Program-made: the position numbers and the translations under genes
Notes under the pieces: generated by a model
Told to the model about the DNA's origin: nothing
The model's database searches: none
Seen by the model: the letters and a program-made list of their open reading frames with translations, nothing else
Shown: positions 34,650 through 50,940 of the stretch, piece by piece
Position numbering within the stretch: position 1 is the first letter of the stretch
Layout: the number at the start of each line of letters is the position of its first letter
Source: Spirogloea muscicola
Taxonomy: Eukaryota
Direction of reading: 5' to 3'
DNA: 64,000 bases
NCBI GenBank assembly: GCA_009602725.1
Contig: WELB01000016.1
Location: forward strand, 151,149-215,148

Positions 34650-36950
34650 GGGCGATGGCTGTGAGGAGAGAGAGAAAAGACATGTAAGGCAATGGCTGTG
34701 AAAGCCCAAAAGCAGAAATGGATGGACAACTGGAGTCCTCAGCGTCCACTTTGCACCGCAGTTGCTGGGAGGGGGCCCGCGTCTGGGCGTCCCAGCGCTC
34801 AAAAGAAGAGCCGAATGCGGGACACACGCATGGCGTTCCTGGAAGCTACCCAGCTCGTTCATTCTTTCCCTAATCACACTGTCACCCGCTACAGGAAAGT
34901 CTTTCTTCTTCAGCTTGGCCCCTCAAACATTGTCGTTTCTTCCTGGGCTGGCATTTCTGGCAATTGTCGATTCTTTTGTGGGCTGGCCTCTCACAGCCAT
35001 GCCCGATCTAAAAGAGCTATTTCTTTGTGGGCTGGCTTTTCACAGCCCTCGCCCCTCTATTGAAGAGCTGCTTCTTTGTGGCTGGAAATGGCCCCCCTTC
35101 CAATTCATGCGCACTGCGCGCCTTCTCTCTTCTCTCTTTGTGGCTGGCCCTGCACAGCGCTTGGCCTATTTGATATCATTGCTTCTTCAACTGCGGCTAT
35201 CTCTTGTGGAAGAACTCTTTATTTCACTGCCATTCAATTCCCTAGAAGAAAGGAGAGAGAGAAGGCGTGCTGTGCGCATGATATCAAACGATGGCCAGTT
35301 CAAGCCAACACATTGTTCAGGCTAGAAGAAAGAGCATCTCTTCTAAAAGTACTTATCTAGCTGGGGCGAGAGTGATTAGGTGCTCGGCGGGCCTGCCTCA
35401 CTTTCTATGGGCGAGCAATTTCTTGCCAACGGGCTAGACGCCGGCGCTCTGGAGCCTTGGAACGAGCCGCTCGGCGGGGGGGACCGCCTGCACAAGCCGG
35501 CGAAATTGCGCGGCCGCTGCGGAAAGTGGGCGGCGGGACGGTAGCGTGGCGGCCGATCATATGGCAGATGGCGTGCTGGCCGCCTCCGCCCCCCGCAGAC
35601 CGCGGGGCAAGCGGCTGACTGACCCTTTCTTGGCACTAGCTTCTGCCTGGACTGTGAAGTGGCTTGATTTTGCCACCCATTCATGTGCACCGCGCGCCTG
35701 CGCTCTTCTTAATCGCGCGCTCTTCCCAATCGCAGCCCTGAGGAAGGACTGCTCCTGTCAGTGGTAACGCCCGGTTTCTTACCTATGGGCTGGACTTCTA
35801 CGGCTCATCTACTACCGTTGCATTTGTCTTCCTTTCTCCGGCTGGCCGCTCACAGCCATTGCCTTCAGATGAATGAGCTGTTCTTTGGAAGAACAGCTCA
35901 TTCAGTTCCAGTTCGGGCGCGCGCGTGGCGAGGAGGCGCGGCGCCGGCGAGGTTGGGGCAGGAATGGAGCCGCCGTCGTGGGGCCCGCGCGCACAGCCCG
36001 GCGACTTGAGCGCCCGCGCGGCAGGGCCTCTGGTCAGACGACAAATGCCGTGCTGGCACGCGTCCCAATGCATCTGGCCCCCTCCGAACTCCGCGGTCCG
36101 CGGGGCCATGGGCGTTAGGCGGACCAGGGCGCCCCGATGTTCGGATAAGCATCAGCAGCTCTTCCAGCGTAGGGGCAGCGGCTGTGGAGGCCAGCCCAAA
36201 AGAACTGAACTAGTAAGCTCATCCAACGGGGAGGATGGCTGTGAAAAGCCAGCCCGAAGACAGTTGACAAGTCCGAAGGGGACCGAACAAGGTTTCCCCT
36301 TCCAATTCGTCTGACTGCGTGACTTTCTCCTCTTCTCTTTTCCTTTGTTTTCCTTACAGACAGAGTATTGGCTTGATCTGGCCTCCCTTTCATAAGCACC
36401 CGGGCGCCTTCTCCTCCTCTCTCTCAGGTCTCCGTATTCTGTAGCCTTGTTTAGTTTGCACTAGACTTTGCCTGAACAAAGTCTTGGCCTCTCTTCCATT
36501 TCATGCGCTCCGCGCGCCTTCTCTCTATAGACCTTGTTCGCTCTTTCGTGGGCTGGCTTCTCACAGCCCTCCCCCCCCTCTTCTTTTCAGAGTCGGCCAA
36601 CATTTGTTGCTGACCAGAGGTGCTTTCCAAAAGCACAGCTCTTCCTTGTGTATGTCTTCTGGTGCTGGCCTGTCACAGGCATCGCCCCTTCTGGAATAGG
36701 GCTTCCATATAATCTTCAGAACGGGGCTAGTAGCGTGAAGAGCAAGCCCACAGAAGATTGAACAAAGGTTTGGCAACATGACGAGGGGTAACGAGAGCGC
36801 CATCTGACTGAGTGTTGGCTGTAGTTGGCCTCCCTTCAATCCCGGCTCCTTCAGACCTTGTCCATTCCTTTGGGCTGGCCTCTCACAGCCACCAGTCATT
36901 TCGGACGCGCTCTCCTTCAATTCATGTGCACCGCGCGCCTTTCCTTGGAA
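34650..36950. repeat. Dense cluster of CRE-like 3'-end repeats at the centre of the PstS inverted duplication
   Basis: Numerous gggctggcYtYtcacagcc and ttcatgcgcaccgcgcgccttctct units in both orientations. Confidence 0.75.
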
Positions 36951-37049
36951 GGGCTTCCACCCCCACCTTCATCAGCCCTCCATCACCCCCCTCCTGCTTC
37001 ATGCCCTCCATAGCTCCCCCCATTTCGCCAGAGCTCAGCTGGCCAGCGG

Positions 37050-37905
37050 CCATGGCTTGCCCGTTGCCGCCCTGGTCTTAGCCTGAGCCGCCTCCGCCTT
37101 CGCCGCCTGCTCCTCCTCTGGCGCCATCTGCCTCGGCGGCGCCACCTCCGTCCAAGCCCTGGAGATCCGTTGCTGCTACGCCTTTATCGGCTGACGCTTG
37201 ACAACCCTCTCTTTGAGCTTCGACCCTGTTCTGCATAGACATTCTGTTCTTGGCACAAGGACGTGGACGCGCTGTAGCTAATGCGAATTACTGCATGACT
37301 CTGCCTGGAGCTGCTCCCAGTCAGTGGTTATTTTCCGACTCAGTCCTGATACCTGTAACACACTCCAATGCTACGTCCACACAGTGCTCTGCTGACTAGC
37401 GTACTTGATCAACATCCTTCCTGACTTTTCACCAAGTTCTGGCTCCTTCTTGACCTAGCAATTGTGGTGCCAGCTACAACAACTTCCGATGCAGCCATGA
37501 CCATTCCAGGAGTCTACCCGTGGCTTCTAGAAGCTCAACCTCCTCCAGGGCCTACAGTTCAACTCTCTGCTCTATAACGGCCAACCTGCACTCACCCTGC
37601 CCGAGCCTAGTCCGAGCCTCACCCTGCCAGAGTTTAGCTGACCTTCACTCCGGCTTCTTGGTCTTTATTGTACGCGGTGTGGTCACAATCGCTGTTGAAT
37701 GCGCACTCTTCCTTCCTCCAACGTGTTATTTTTCTGCCTAAACCTGTGCACCGCCGATTGACCCGCCGGTGGCCTTCAAGCAAGGTTGGGAGAGACCGTT
37801 GCTTGGGGCTCCACCCACTTGATTGCACCAGCAGCTTTCATGATGCTGCTCTGTATGTGTACTCCCACCAGGCCTTTGTTGCTTACCTCGGTACTCACGG
37901 TGCCG
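37050..37905 (+). pseudogene. Decayed inverted copy of the PstS-like gene (5' two-thirds)
   Basis: gccgccctggtcttagcc...gcctccgccttcgccgcctgctcc...ctcggcggcgccacctccgtccaagccctggag mirrors exon 1. CQSLADLHSGF, GETVAWGSTHL and AALYVYSHQAFVAYLGT mirror exon 2. Many indels. Confidence 0.8.
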
Positions 37906-38869
37906 TGGTCTTGCCGTGCAGCCCCACTCCATTCTCTTCTCGACTTACTTGCTTCGGCGAGAGTCTGGGCTTGATGATCTGGTCGTATCCTATTCGTCAG
38001 TCTTGCAAAATCATCGAGAAGCCTACACACTGACTGGTAGTATGTTGGCATGGCATGTATACCAGAAAGAGTTGATAACTTGGAAAGAGGTTGCCTATCG
38101 TTCTTTCCTGTGTATGAGGGTTTCAAGGTAAGTAGAGAAAGCATACCATCAGATATGGCGAAGGACTGCATTTACAAGCCATCATTTCGCATTGGCTCAT
38201 AATTCCCAACGTATTCATAAGATTCATGCAGTCAGAAATCTTAGATCTTGTGGTCCTGAGACTGTCTCTCTAAAGCACACAGAGTGTGGAAATTGTGAAG
38301 CTGTTACAGTGTCGACACTGGGAAGTACTGACTGGTGGGCGCGAAGTAACTCAATTACAATTATCTAGAGCAGTGATGTGTGTATGCATATAAACTTCGT
38401 CTGATGTTAATACAGTCGAGTCTTATTCATCATATGTGCACTCCATAGCTTCTATCACAATGTACAAGACTACGGCTCTGTATCTACAAAGATATTGAAT
38501 CACGATGTGAATCATGACAATGTGGAGTTATCAGGTTCTCAATGGGACTCAGCAATTGGAACTCATGCCTTTCAAAAGTTGGATCAGGATGTGAGCTATG
38601 ACTATCAATACATAATCAGGTCCTAAATGAGACTTAGCAATTGGAAGTTGTGCCTTACTAGGGTCTATTTCTTCTCGCAGAGAAATCCCAAACGCAAGCC
38701 ACAAGTCTGCCTCCAGTTTTACTGGCTTTGGCAGGGGCTCAGCGGATGGAAATTGGGCCTTACTAGAAATATCTCTTCTCTAAGATCAAAGGGATAGTCC
38801 TGCACTTCTGCTACATGTCTGTCTCAATTGGACTGGCTTTTAGCATAGCTTTGATCACTTTGGGCCTAA

Positions 38870-39250
38870 GGGAGCACTTCACTATATTGTAGGTACAAAG
38901 GCCTATTTTGGTGAAAGATGCTGCTGGCATTAAGCACCAAGTAGTGGAATGAGAACGTGAAGCCGAGGAAAGCCTTGGTGGTTGCAGTGAGGGTGTCGGC
39001 CGAGTTGACCGGCGGGCCAGATGAACACGGGGAAGACCGATGTGAAGAACTGGTGCCGGGCTGGAGCTTGGGTTGACAGCGAACCAGGCATGAGGGGCCG
39101 CGGGCACCGACGCAAGGATGGCGGGGGTCACGGAGCAGATTGCCTTTTGCCATTTGCCTCGAACAGCATGATGGTGGCAGCGATGCTCCAATTGCTCGAC
39201 AGTTTTAACGACTCCAAACGTACGAAGGGGTCCAAGGGTGGGTGAGAACG
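38870..39250 (-). pseudogene. Third decayed fragment of the PstS-like gene (C-terminal part)
   Basis: SIAAT..., CSVTPAILASVPAAPHAWFAVN, VFIWPA and TATTKAFLGFTFS parallel RIAAT...CSVTGGVPVQVPAATNTWSNVN...VYIWAR...TTTKAFLRFIIS. Confidence 0.7.
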
Positions 39251-40642
39251 TCACCACCCTTCCCAGATCCTCTCAGGGATCCGACTTTCAATACATACCC
39301 GCTCTTCCTGGCCCTCAAGGCCTATCACAGAAGGTCTTTTGTCAGCGACCTATCAATGGGTCGTCACAAGCCACCAATGTCCTAAAAACACCATCTCTTG
39401 TCGGCCGTTTGCCTTCGACGTGCTAACGTCAACGGCCTCAAGTCAACGTCTACGTCCAGATTCGTCAATCAAATGTCGTCATTCTCCAGCCTCCGGACAC
39501 CTACCAGCGTCCAGCGCATCATCACGCTGTCTTGCGTTAAAACCCTGTTCTCCGCCCGAGGAGGAAGATGAACTTGCCCCCATCTGCCTGATGAGGTGTC
39601 TGATCTCCAGGCATCTGTCAAGCCGTTCTTCCTACGGCATTGACATCAACCATGTAGACAAGAGTAATTTCGGCAGTCCAGCAAAGCTATATCACTAAGC
39701 GGTCTACTCGCCAGGCTCCAGCCCTCATGCCAGCAGCTTTGTGCTTCAGTCAAGGGCAAGCAGACTCTTAGGCAATATGTACTCATATCTGTCTTTTCTG
39801 AATTCACCTTCCAATTTGCTGCTCAAACAGTGTAATTTGAAATGAGTCAGCCACTCGTTGCCTCTGTCATCATAGTGACACTCGTCCACCTGGTGGAGTC
39901 TGTTGAAAGCTTTGGCTTCGGACACGCTCACAAGAGTCCCGCTTCACAGGCCCACGTCCAAGTGGCCCTTGCAGCCAACTGCCTTTGCATAACCTCTATC
40001 TCTATGCTGATTTTGCCATTGGAGGTACACAACACATTGGGTGATATTACGTTGACGCACTCAACAGATGCTCCCCACAAGAGCTGAGGGCAACTTGATT
40101 TGGCTGTATGAACATTGGTACCAGCGTCAGCAACGTAACTTTGGCAGCAGTAGCGATCCATGACCTTGGCTCCACAGTCCAGACTTTACTCATGACCTTA
40201 TCCGCGCAATGTCCTCTCTTTCAAGTCATCGCACCGCAGATTGAGTGGCAGCAGTGATGGGCTTCGCATTAGAAGATGCGCGCTGCGCGCTCTCTCTCGA
40301 GAAGTGCTAGACCTGACAGGGCGGAGAAGCAGGAAAGCCAAGACTCTTGCAGTAGAGGGCGATGGCTGTAAACTGGCCAGCCCAGAGATAAAGAACGAAC
40401 AAAGAAAGTAGAAGCAGCTCTTCCGTGAAGAAGGCGGCTGCTGATACCCGAAGATATGGAAAAAGGAAAGCTGAAAAGAAAAGGAGGGGAGGGAGGACGA
40501 AATAGCGACCAGAGGTTGGAGACGAGCCGCCCGTCGGCGGGTCCGTGGTTGACGGCGCGAGCTGCGGCAGGCCGCGCGCTGCGGCGCTCCTGGAGCAAGC
40601 GCGGCCCGGCGCCGGAGGCCGCGGCGGCGAGCCCTCGCCTCC

Positions 40643-41229
40643 ATGGACGCCTTCGGGTCGGCCCCGGCGGTGGGCAACGGCGGCGGCGCCGCGCCGCCCA
40701 ACGACGTGGTGATGGACCAGGTGAAGGCGCAGATCGCGCAGGCCTACGCCGAGGAGTTCTTCACCGTGAGTCCCTCACCTTTCGCCCCTCCTGCACCGCC
40801 GCCCACCACACCTTCTGGGCGGTCCCCGCCATGACGTCGGCCAGCCGTGGGAAGCTGCGGTGATGCCCGGTGGCTGGCAAGGTAAGAAGAATGCAGCTGC
40901 TGATATTGAAAGAGCGGCTGTAAAAGCCAGCCAGGTGCAAATAGACGGTGTGCATAGCTATATTAGCGGAGCCACAGGCTAGCAGACATGGCGCAGAAGC
41001 TGCTGCTCAAAATCAGGCACGCCCTCTCATCCTCCTCACCCCGCCACCCTCCATCCCTTTTCCTTTGTGCGCGCAGACAGTGCGGGAGAAGTGCTTTGCG
41101 CGGTGTGTGACGCGGCCCGGGGCGAGCCTGAGCGGCGGCGAGGGCTCCTGCATCTCGCGCTGCGTCGACCGCTACATCGAGGCCACGGGCCTCGTCTCCC
41201 GCGCCATCCTCACCAGCATGCCCAAGTAG
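40643..41229 (+). CDS. TIM13: Mitochondrial small TIM chaperone TIM13 (exons 40643-40765, 41077-41229)
   Basis: MDQVKAQIAQAYAEEFFT/TVREKCFARCVTRPGASLSGGEGSCISRCVDRYIEATG, with the twin CX3C motif. Confidence 0.93.
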
Positions 41230-43251
41230 AACAAGGAGAACAGCGGCAGCAGCGGCGGCAACAGCAGCGGCAGCGCCCCACAATGAAGCCCTGTGTCCCT
41301 CAGCCGCCTCTTCAAGTCCGCAGGATCACTTGGCAGCTGCACAGGAGGCTACGGGCGCTGCCCGCCACTGTTTGATCTCTTGGCAGGGCTCTTGCCACGA
41401 GCTGCTGCTGCATCTGGCGCCGGCATGAGGCCGCGCTTGTGGTAGAGACAAGGTTGGTTGCTCCTCACTGTGGCGTGTGGTGACGTTCACAATCCTGTTG
41501 ACTGATGCTCAACGCCTTACCGAGGCCCCACTGTAGAAGGCCTCCTGAGGCCTTAGAGCGCTTGCCGGCCCCTTTGGACATTGTTCATTCTTTACGGGCT
41601 GGCTTCCACAGCCCTCGCTCCCTAGACCCTTAAACCCCTTCGGAAGAGCTAACTCTTGGTAGGCAACGCTGCGGCCAGGGAGGAAGCCATCGGATGGCAA
41701 GCGCATGCTAGTCAATTCTTCCTATTTCTCCACTCTCCTTCATCCCTGAACCTTCCTCGCCCTCTTTAGGCGTCGCTTCTCTCTCCCTCACCTTGGCCTC
41801 CTCTTTCACTTCCAGTGTTGCTCCTGCTCTCTTTGTCTTCTCCTCCATCTCCCACTCCCTAAGCACCTTTCCCCTCAACCAAACCCTCTCCCCCATCCCC
41901 GCCCCCCCCATTTTCACGCTCTCTGCACGGCCGCAAGTAAGGCGAGGAGGAATTGCAAGTTGTGGCGGACTTGGTTGAATGTCAAACAGTCGTCTCAGCC
42001 AGCGCCGTCCATTTGGCAGCGGTAAGGGATCTGCTGCATAGTAGGACACAGCATCAACCTAGGGAAACCCCTTGCACAACTGCACCCAAGCGCCGGCGTT
42101 GCATAGGCAATACTACCATTCCCTTGCGTCCCAACTAGAGCACCCGACTCTTTGACGAGTGAGCAGGTCCGCAGCCTGGCCATGGTGAGCCGCCCGATCG
42201 CTGGCGCTCGCAGTGTCATTCTATGCTTCCAACTTTGACTTGCACCGAGATGGCGTAGTCTTTGTTGGCACCAATGAGGAGCTTCGTGTTCGTGCTCCAC
42301 GCTGCAGCAACCAAAACCTGAGGCGCTTCAGAAGCCGCCGATGGCTGCTGCATTAGAAAGTGCAAAGAGGCATCTTGTCTTTCGTTCCTGAAAATGAACC
42401 TGGTGGTGATGCCTGCTGGTAGCCCCAGCTGAAGCCGTACTGCAGACAGCAGCCAGGAGAAGTGATTGCAACAATTGGCGACAGCGTGTGCGCCCGTCTC
42501 CTGTGAACGGCCTGGAAGCGTGCCACCAATATTGCCGTGTCAGGCAAAGCCAGCAATGAGGACAGCTTGTTGACCTGCCCATCGACAGAACAGACATGCC
42601 CTCTAGCTGGGCCTTTGCACCAGATTGCCAACAGCATCCATGCGACCAAGAATGATGTGGTACTACCTGAACGAACAGCTTCTTGGCTGCTGACGCATCG
42701 GAGCTGCAGCGCAGGAACACGACTGTAGAGGGAGATACTCTGCAAGGAACGACAGAACCAATGCAAAGACTAATTGCACTTGCCGTCTGGAGCGTTGAGG
42801 TAAAAGAGATAGACCAGCTGCATGCCAGCATTTCTAGGGTCCGGCACAAGGTGTAGAACATTGGGGGTAGTGCTTGGCTGAAAGGGGCCAACTTGTGCGA
42901 CGTTGCCACGCCCCACGACGGCCGGGATGCAGGGCCTGCAGAGTACACGCCCGACAACGAGTGGCTGTCCTCCTTCCTGTATGCCACATGGCAAGAACGC
43001 CCTCAAGCTCCTTCCAGCAGCGCGCGACGAGTCCAGGCGTGCCTGCAGCTATAGGGCTGCCTGACGAGCACTGCAAGGGTATAGAAGTTTGAGAGTTTAA
43101 AGGCTAAAGGGATGATAAGTACAATAAAGGTTGACAATACTTCGACGACAGTGCTGCATCATGAGACCTATTTTCTGCTGTAATGTGGCTACAAGCTGGC
43201 GAAAGGTCTGGCATTCAGGGGAGGAGCCGACAGCTGCCGAGAGCAAGAGCG

Positions 43252-43724
43252 CTAGCAAGCTCGAAGCATCAGTGGTGGGGCCTGAGTGACCGACCCGAGC
43301 GTGGCTTCTGCAGTGACCCGGTGCCGCTCCCGGAGATCGGAGACGGCCGTGATGGTAACGTCGCCACATGGGGTCAGTGGGCTCGTTGCTCTGCTGCCGC
43401 CACTAACGAGCAGGCGCAAGGGCCCCCGCAGCTTGTGGCTGATCCGCAGGCGGGCCTCCTTGAGCCGGGACCGCGTGCCCTGGACCTTGCCCTCCACCAG
43501 GACGCCGCCAGCCAGCTGCCGCCAGGCGTCGACCGGCAGCGCGGCGCCTCCCAAAGGTCAGGTCAGGATGGCCATGCAGCACCATCAGTGGAGGCCTGGC
43601 GCCGTCAGCGGTGGTGGCGCCAGCAACCACTGAGCAGTGGTGGGGCAGTGGCAGCCAGAGCGCCGCTGTACCTTGTGCAGGCCCGACAGCTCGTACTGCA
43701 GCCCTCCGCTGTCGGCATCGCCAT

Positions 43725-43762
<38 letters not shown>

Positions 43763-43840
43763 GCACCATCGCGCTCGCGCTCGAGCGGCCGCGTGGGCCG
43801 CGCAGTGCCCTTCGTAAAGAGCCCCCACGCGGCCGCCGCC
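43252..43840 (-). other. Unidentified coding-like segment (possibly degenerate) running into the N-gap
   Basis: GC3-rich frames WGLFTKGTARP...GLQYELSGLHK|gt and AALPVDAWRQLAGGVLVEGKVQGTRSRLKEARLRISHKL. No clean in-frame splice found. Confidence 0.35.
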
Positions 43841-44537
43841 NNNNNNNNNNNNNNNNNNNNNNNNNNNNNNNNNNNNNNNNNNNNNNNNNNNNNNNNNNNN
43901 NNNNNNNNNNNNNNNNNNNNNNNNNNNNNNNNNNNNNNNNNNNNNNNNNNNNNNNNNNNNNNNNNNNNNNNNNNNNNNNNNNNNNNNNNNNNNNNNNNNN
44001 NNNNNNNNNNNNNNNNNNNNNNNNNNNNNNNNNNNNNNNNNNNNNNNNNNNNNNNNNNNNNNNNNNNNNNNNNNNNNNNNNNNNNNNNNNNNNNNNNNNN
44101 NNNNNNNNNNNNNNNNNNNNNNNNNNNNNNNNNNNNNNNNNNNNNNNNNNNNNNNNNNNNNNNNNNNNNNNNNNNNNNNNNNNNNNNNNNNNNNNNNNNN
44201 NNNNNNNNNNNNNNNNNNNNNNNNNNNNNNNNNNNNNNNNNNNNNNNNNNNNNNNNNNNNNNNNNNNNNNNNNNNNNNNNNNNNNNNNNNNNNNNNNNNN
44301 NNNNNNNNNNNNNNNNNNNNNNNNNNNNNNNNNNNNNNNNNNNNNNNNNNNNNNNNNNNNNNNNNNNNNNNNNNNNNNNNNNNNNNNNNNNNNNNNNNNN
44401 NNNNNNNNNNNNNNNNNNNNNNNNNNNNNNNNNNNNNNNNNNNNNNNNNNNNNNNNNNNNNNNNNNNNNNNNNNNNNNNNNNNNNNNNNNNNNNNNNNNN
44501 NNNNNNNNNNNNNNNNNNNNNNNNNNNNNNNNNNNNG

Positions 44538-44881
44538 CCACCTGCTGCGCCGCCGCCGCCGCGGCGTGGTGCCCCTGCTGCTGCACCATGGCCGCCGGCG
44601 CGCTGTTCTTGAGCTGCATGGTGAGCCAGTCCGGCGCCAACCCGACACCCGCCACCTGCGCCTGGTGCTGCTGCTGCTGCTGCGCAGCGGCGGCGGCGGC
44701 GGCGGCCGCCGCCATGGCCGCCGCTTGGTGCTGCGGCTGCTGCTGCTGCTGGTACTGGTGGTGTTGGTGGTGCTGCTGCTGCTGGTGGTGCTGCAGTGGA
44801 AGCTGGCCGCCATGGAAGGCGGCGAGGCCGGAGAGGCCGCCGCCGCCGCCGCCGCCGCCGCCACCGGCGCCGGCGCCGGCT
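44538..44881 (-). other. Gln/His/Ala-rich exon-like segment
   Basis: Acceptor-like cccgcag, then GGGGLSGLAAFHGGQLPLQHHQQQQ...APDWLTMQLKNSAPAAMVQQQ with strongly G/C-ending codons, running into the N-gap. Confidence 0.5.
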
Positions 44882-45112
44882 CTGCGGGATCGCAGATATT
44901 GGCGGGCAATGCTTGTGTGCTGAAGGAGCAGCCCATGCTGAAGGAGCAGTGGGCGAGCTCGATCGCGTGGACATGGGCGCGCTGCTCGCTCTCTTTCGCC
45001 AGTCGCCTGCCGCACACGCTTTGCCGCCGCCATGGCTTCCATCGACGGTGTCATCAGCTGCCAATGAGTCTGCACTGAGACGCTCTCTGTCACGCTTGTG
45101 GCTTGGCTGCAG

Positions 45113-48524
<3,412 letters not shown>

Positions 48525-48782
48525 CAGACATCATGCTGGAGAGACATACCAATGTCATTGTGAAGGTTATGAGGATACATTGTTCAATGACCCCGCCTTG
48601 GTGACAGGTCGTTGTCCAACACAACAGCACCACTACTCTGCCAATTGGCAGGGTGCAGTTATCATCACTGCCAGCTTGCATCCGGTGGGATGGCAGCCTC
48701 AGAGGCTCAGCAGCACCACCTTCTGCTCCATTTGACAAAGCGCGAGCATATGTGCTCCTTCTGGCGACGGTCGCGGACATCG

Positions 48783-49872
48783 TCACCAGCTTGGCTTCTT
48801 GGTCGGTGGAGGCACAGCAAGCTTCATCAGGGCCTCCCGCTCTGCAGGAGTGAGAGGGAGGCCGCCCAGCAGGGACTTGGCCAGCGCCTCAGGCCTGGAC
48901 CGGAACCGCGCCTGCCGGTAGAGCAGAATGCCACCGGCGGCTCCGAAGCACGCGACCTGCATCCGCAGAAGGCAAGCAAGACTTTGCTGACGTAAAGCAG
49001 ACATACATGAACTTCGATTAAGAACGTCAACAACTTCGTTTGTTACCGACAGAGGCTTGCCATTGGTGGCCTCCATGGCCAGGTCGCCATGCCATCGTTT
49101 CTCCAGGCCGACGGCCCAAGTCAGTAGCACCACATGCGAGCACCCCGCAACATGCCATCTGTAGCAGAGATCCCAGACGTAGCACTTTGCGCTGTGATCA
49201 ATAAGCCGTCCAATTCGTGGTGTGAGGAACGGAGGCCACTCAAGGGGCTTGGCTGCGCAGGCCTCAGGGTTTAGAGAGCAAAGTGCGGCAGTGAAGGGGC
49301 TCACGGGGAGCAGCCAGAGCACGGCGGACTGGGCGTCGAACTGCGGCTGGTAGAGGACGCCCTCGCCGTAGTCGCGCGCCAGGCGGCCGAAGATCTCCTT
49401 CTCGGAGCTGCCGCGCCGCAGCTCGTCCCGGATCAGCTGGCCTCCCCACGCACAGAAGTGGCACTCAGGCGCCGGATGACACGGCAAGGAGGCCATGAGC
49501 TCTGCGGGCGGCCCTGAAGGTTGCAGCGCGACGGCCTCCGTGCCGTCTCAGACAGATGGCCGCCACGATGCGGGCTTGTTGGGGAAGACAGCCAACTGCA
49601 GGCCGGCGCCGCGAGGAGCAAGACGGCCTCCCACCGGTGCCGCTGGCCTGGCAGGACCGACGGCGGGGGGGCCTCTCTCCTACCTTGCGCAGGAGGATGG
49701 CGACGTCGGCCTGCGAGTCCTCGATGCTCTGGTGCCCGCACTCCACGCAGCGCACGGCCTTGCTAATGGCGCGCGCCCGGGCCTCCACCTCCGCCGCCCG
49801 CAGCCGCTCCTCGCTCCCAGGGGCCGACGCCGCCGCCGCCGCCGCCGAGGCCTCGCCTGCGGCCGCTGCCAT
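48783..49872 (-). CDS. CCMH: Mitochondrial cytochrome c maturation protein CcmH (exons 49872-49684, 49436-49305, 48956-48783)
   Basis: ARARAISKAVRCVECGHQSIEDSQADVAILLRK/LIRDEL...YGEGVLYQPQFD...LWLLP, with the RCxxC motif and a transmembrane segment. Confidence 0.92.
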
Positions 49873-49989
49873 GCGCGCGGGGCCTGGCGACGTGGGGCTT
49901 GGCCCTGGGCGACGGATAGCGCCTGCAGGCGAGGCGCTAGACCCAGAAAGAAAGGAAAAACCAGCTCTCTCATATTGACAGCAATGTTT

Positions 49990-50940
49990 GTGAACGGCCA
50001 GCCCAAAGCAGCAAGCGGCGCGGCCAGATTAACTGGTGGCTGAGAGAGGCCAGCCCAAAGGGAATGGACAAGGTCTGAAGGAGCCGGAGTGCTAAGGACT
50101 GAGACAGCAGCAAGCGGACTCTCAGTAAGAAAGAAGTGGCTCTCCCAATAGGGGCAAGGGCTGTGAGAAGCCAGCCCGAAAAGAATTGACAAGGTTCGAA
50201 GGGGCCAAAGTACGAGCTAAGCAGCGACTGTGGGGCCTGAAGAGGCTATGGCAGAAGGGGGGAGGATGGACCACTCAGTGGTTACTCTCAGTAAGCTCTA
50301 GTCAGTAGATGCAAGTCTGAATCGCTAGCAGGCGGAAAGACGTCGCCCAAAGAAATGGACAAGGTCAGGAAAGGGCCGAATGGCGCAAACAGCAGGATAC
50401 AGGTCTTCAAACCCAGAACCCCCGGTTGGGTCCGCGGAGAAGGTGCCGGAGACAGTCTTCTCTCGAGCCATCCTCCACGCGTTTTGCCGTAGCATTTTCA
50501 GGCCCCTCCGTCATTGTGGCCACTTCTTCGACCCTTGGTCAATTCTTTTCGGGCTGGCCTTTCACAGCCCTTCCTTGCCCCCATTGGGAGAGCAACTTCT
50601 TCTCTCGAGCCACTTTCTCTCTCGAGCCGCGAAGCCAGAGTGAAAGCTGAAAGAATGATGGGAGAAAAACAGAATCGACCTCGTGCACCTTTCCTATAAC
50701 TTTGCATTGACAGCCTTGATTAATTGTGTAGGATAGGTGGGAGGTAAACCAACCTTGAAAGAAGCCACAAGTCTGAGCTGGGGCGTACCTCCGCCGCCTC
50801 AATCGCCCTTCTTATGTTCACATCAGCTCCCACTAGCAAAGGGCTTCGCATTGTGTAGCCCCATTTCTGCACTAGCTTTTGCCTGGACTGTGTATGGGCT
50901 TAAAGTGGCCCTTTCGACTCTCCACACCGCGCTCCATCAC
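49990..50940. repeat. Cluster of CRE-like 3'-end repeats upstream of CCMH
   Basis: Units matching 13340-13396, 6516-6720, 13200-13260 and 30460-30570. Confidence 0.75.

Noticed and set aside
33859..35000. P1BS (GNATATNC) phosphate-starvation element upstream of the PstS-like gene
   Set aside because: No exact match was spotted by eye.
36561..36920. Repeat protein (GCERPAQRNGQG units) in several ORFs
   Set aside because: These are translations of non-coding repeats, and the frame is not preserved between copies.
43183..45093. Long ORFs spanning the N-gap
   Set aside because: They are artefacts of translating through Ns, so continuity cannot be established.
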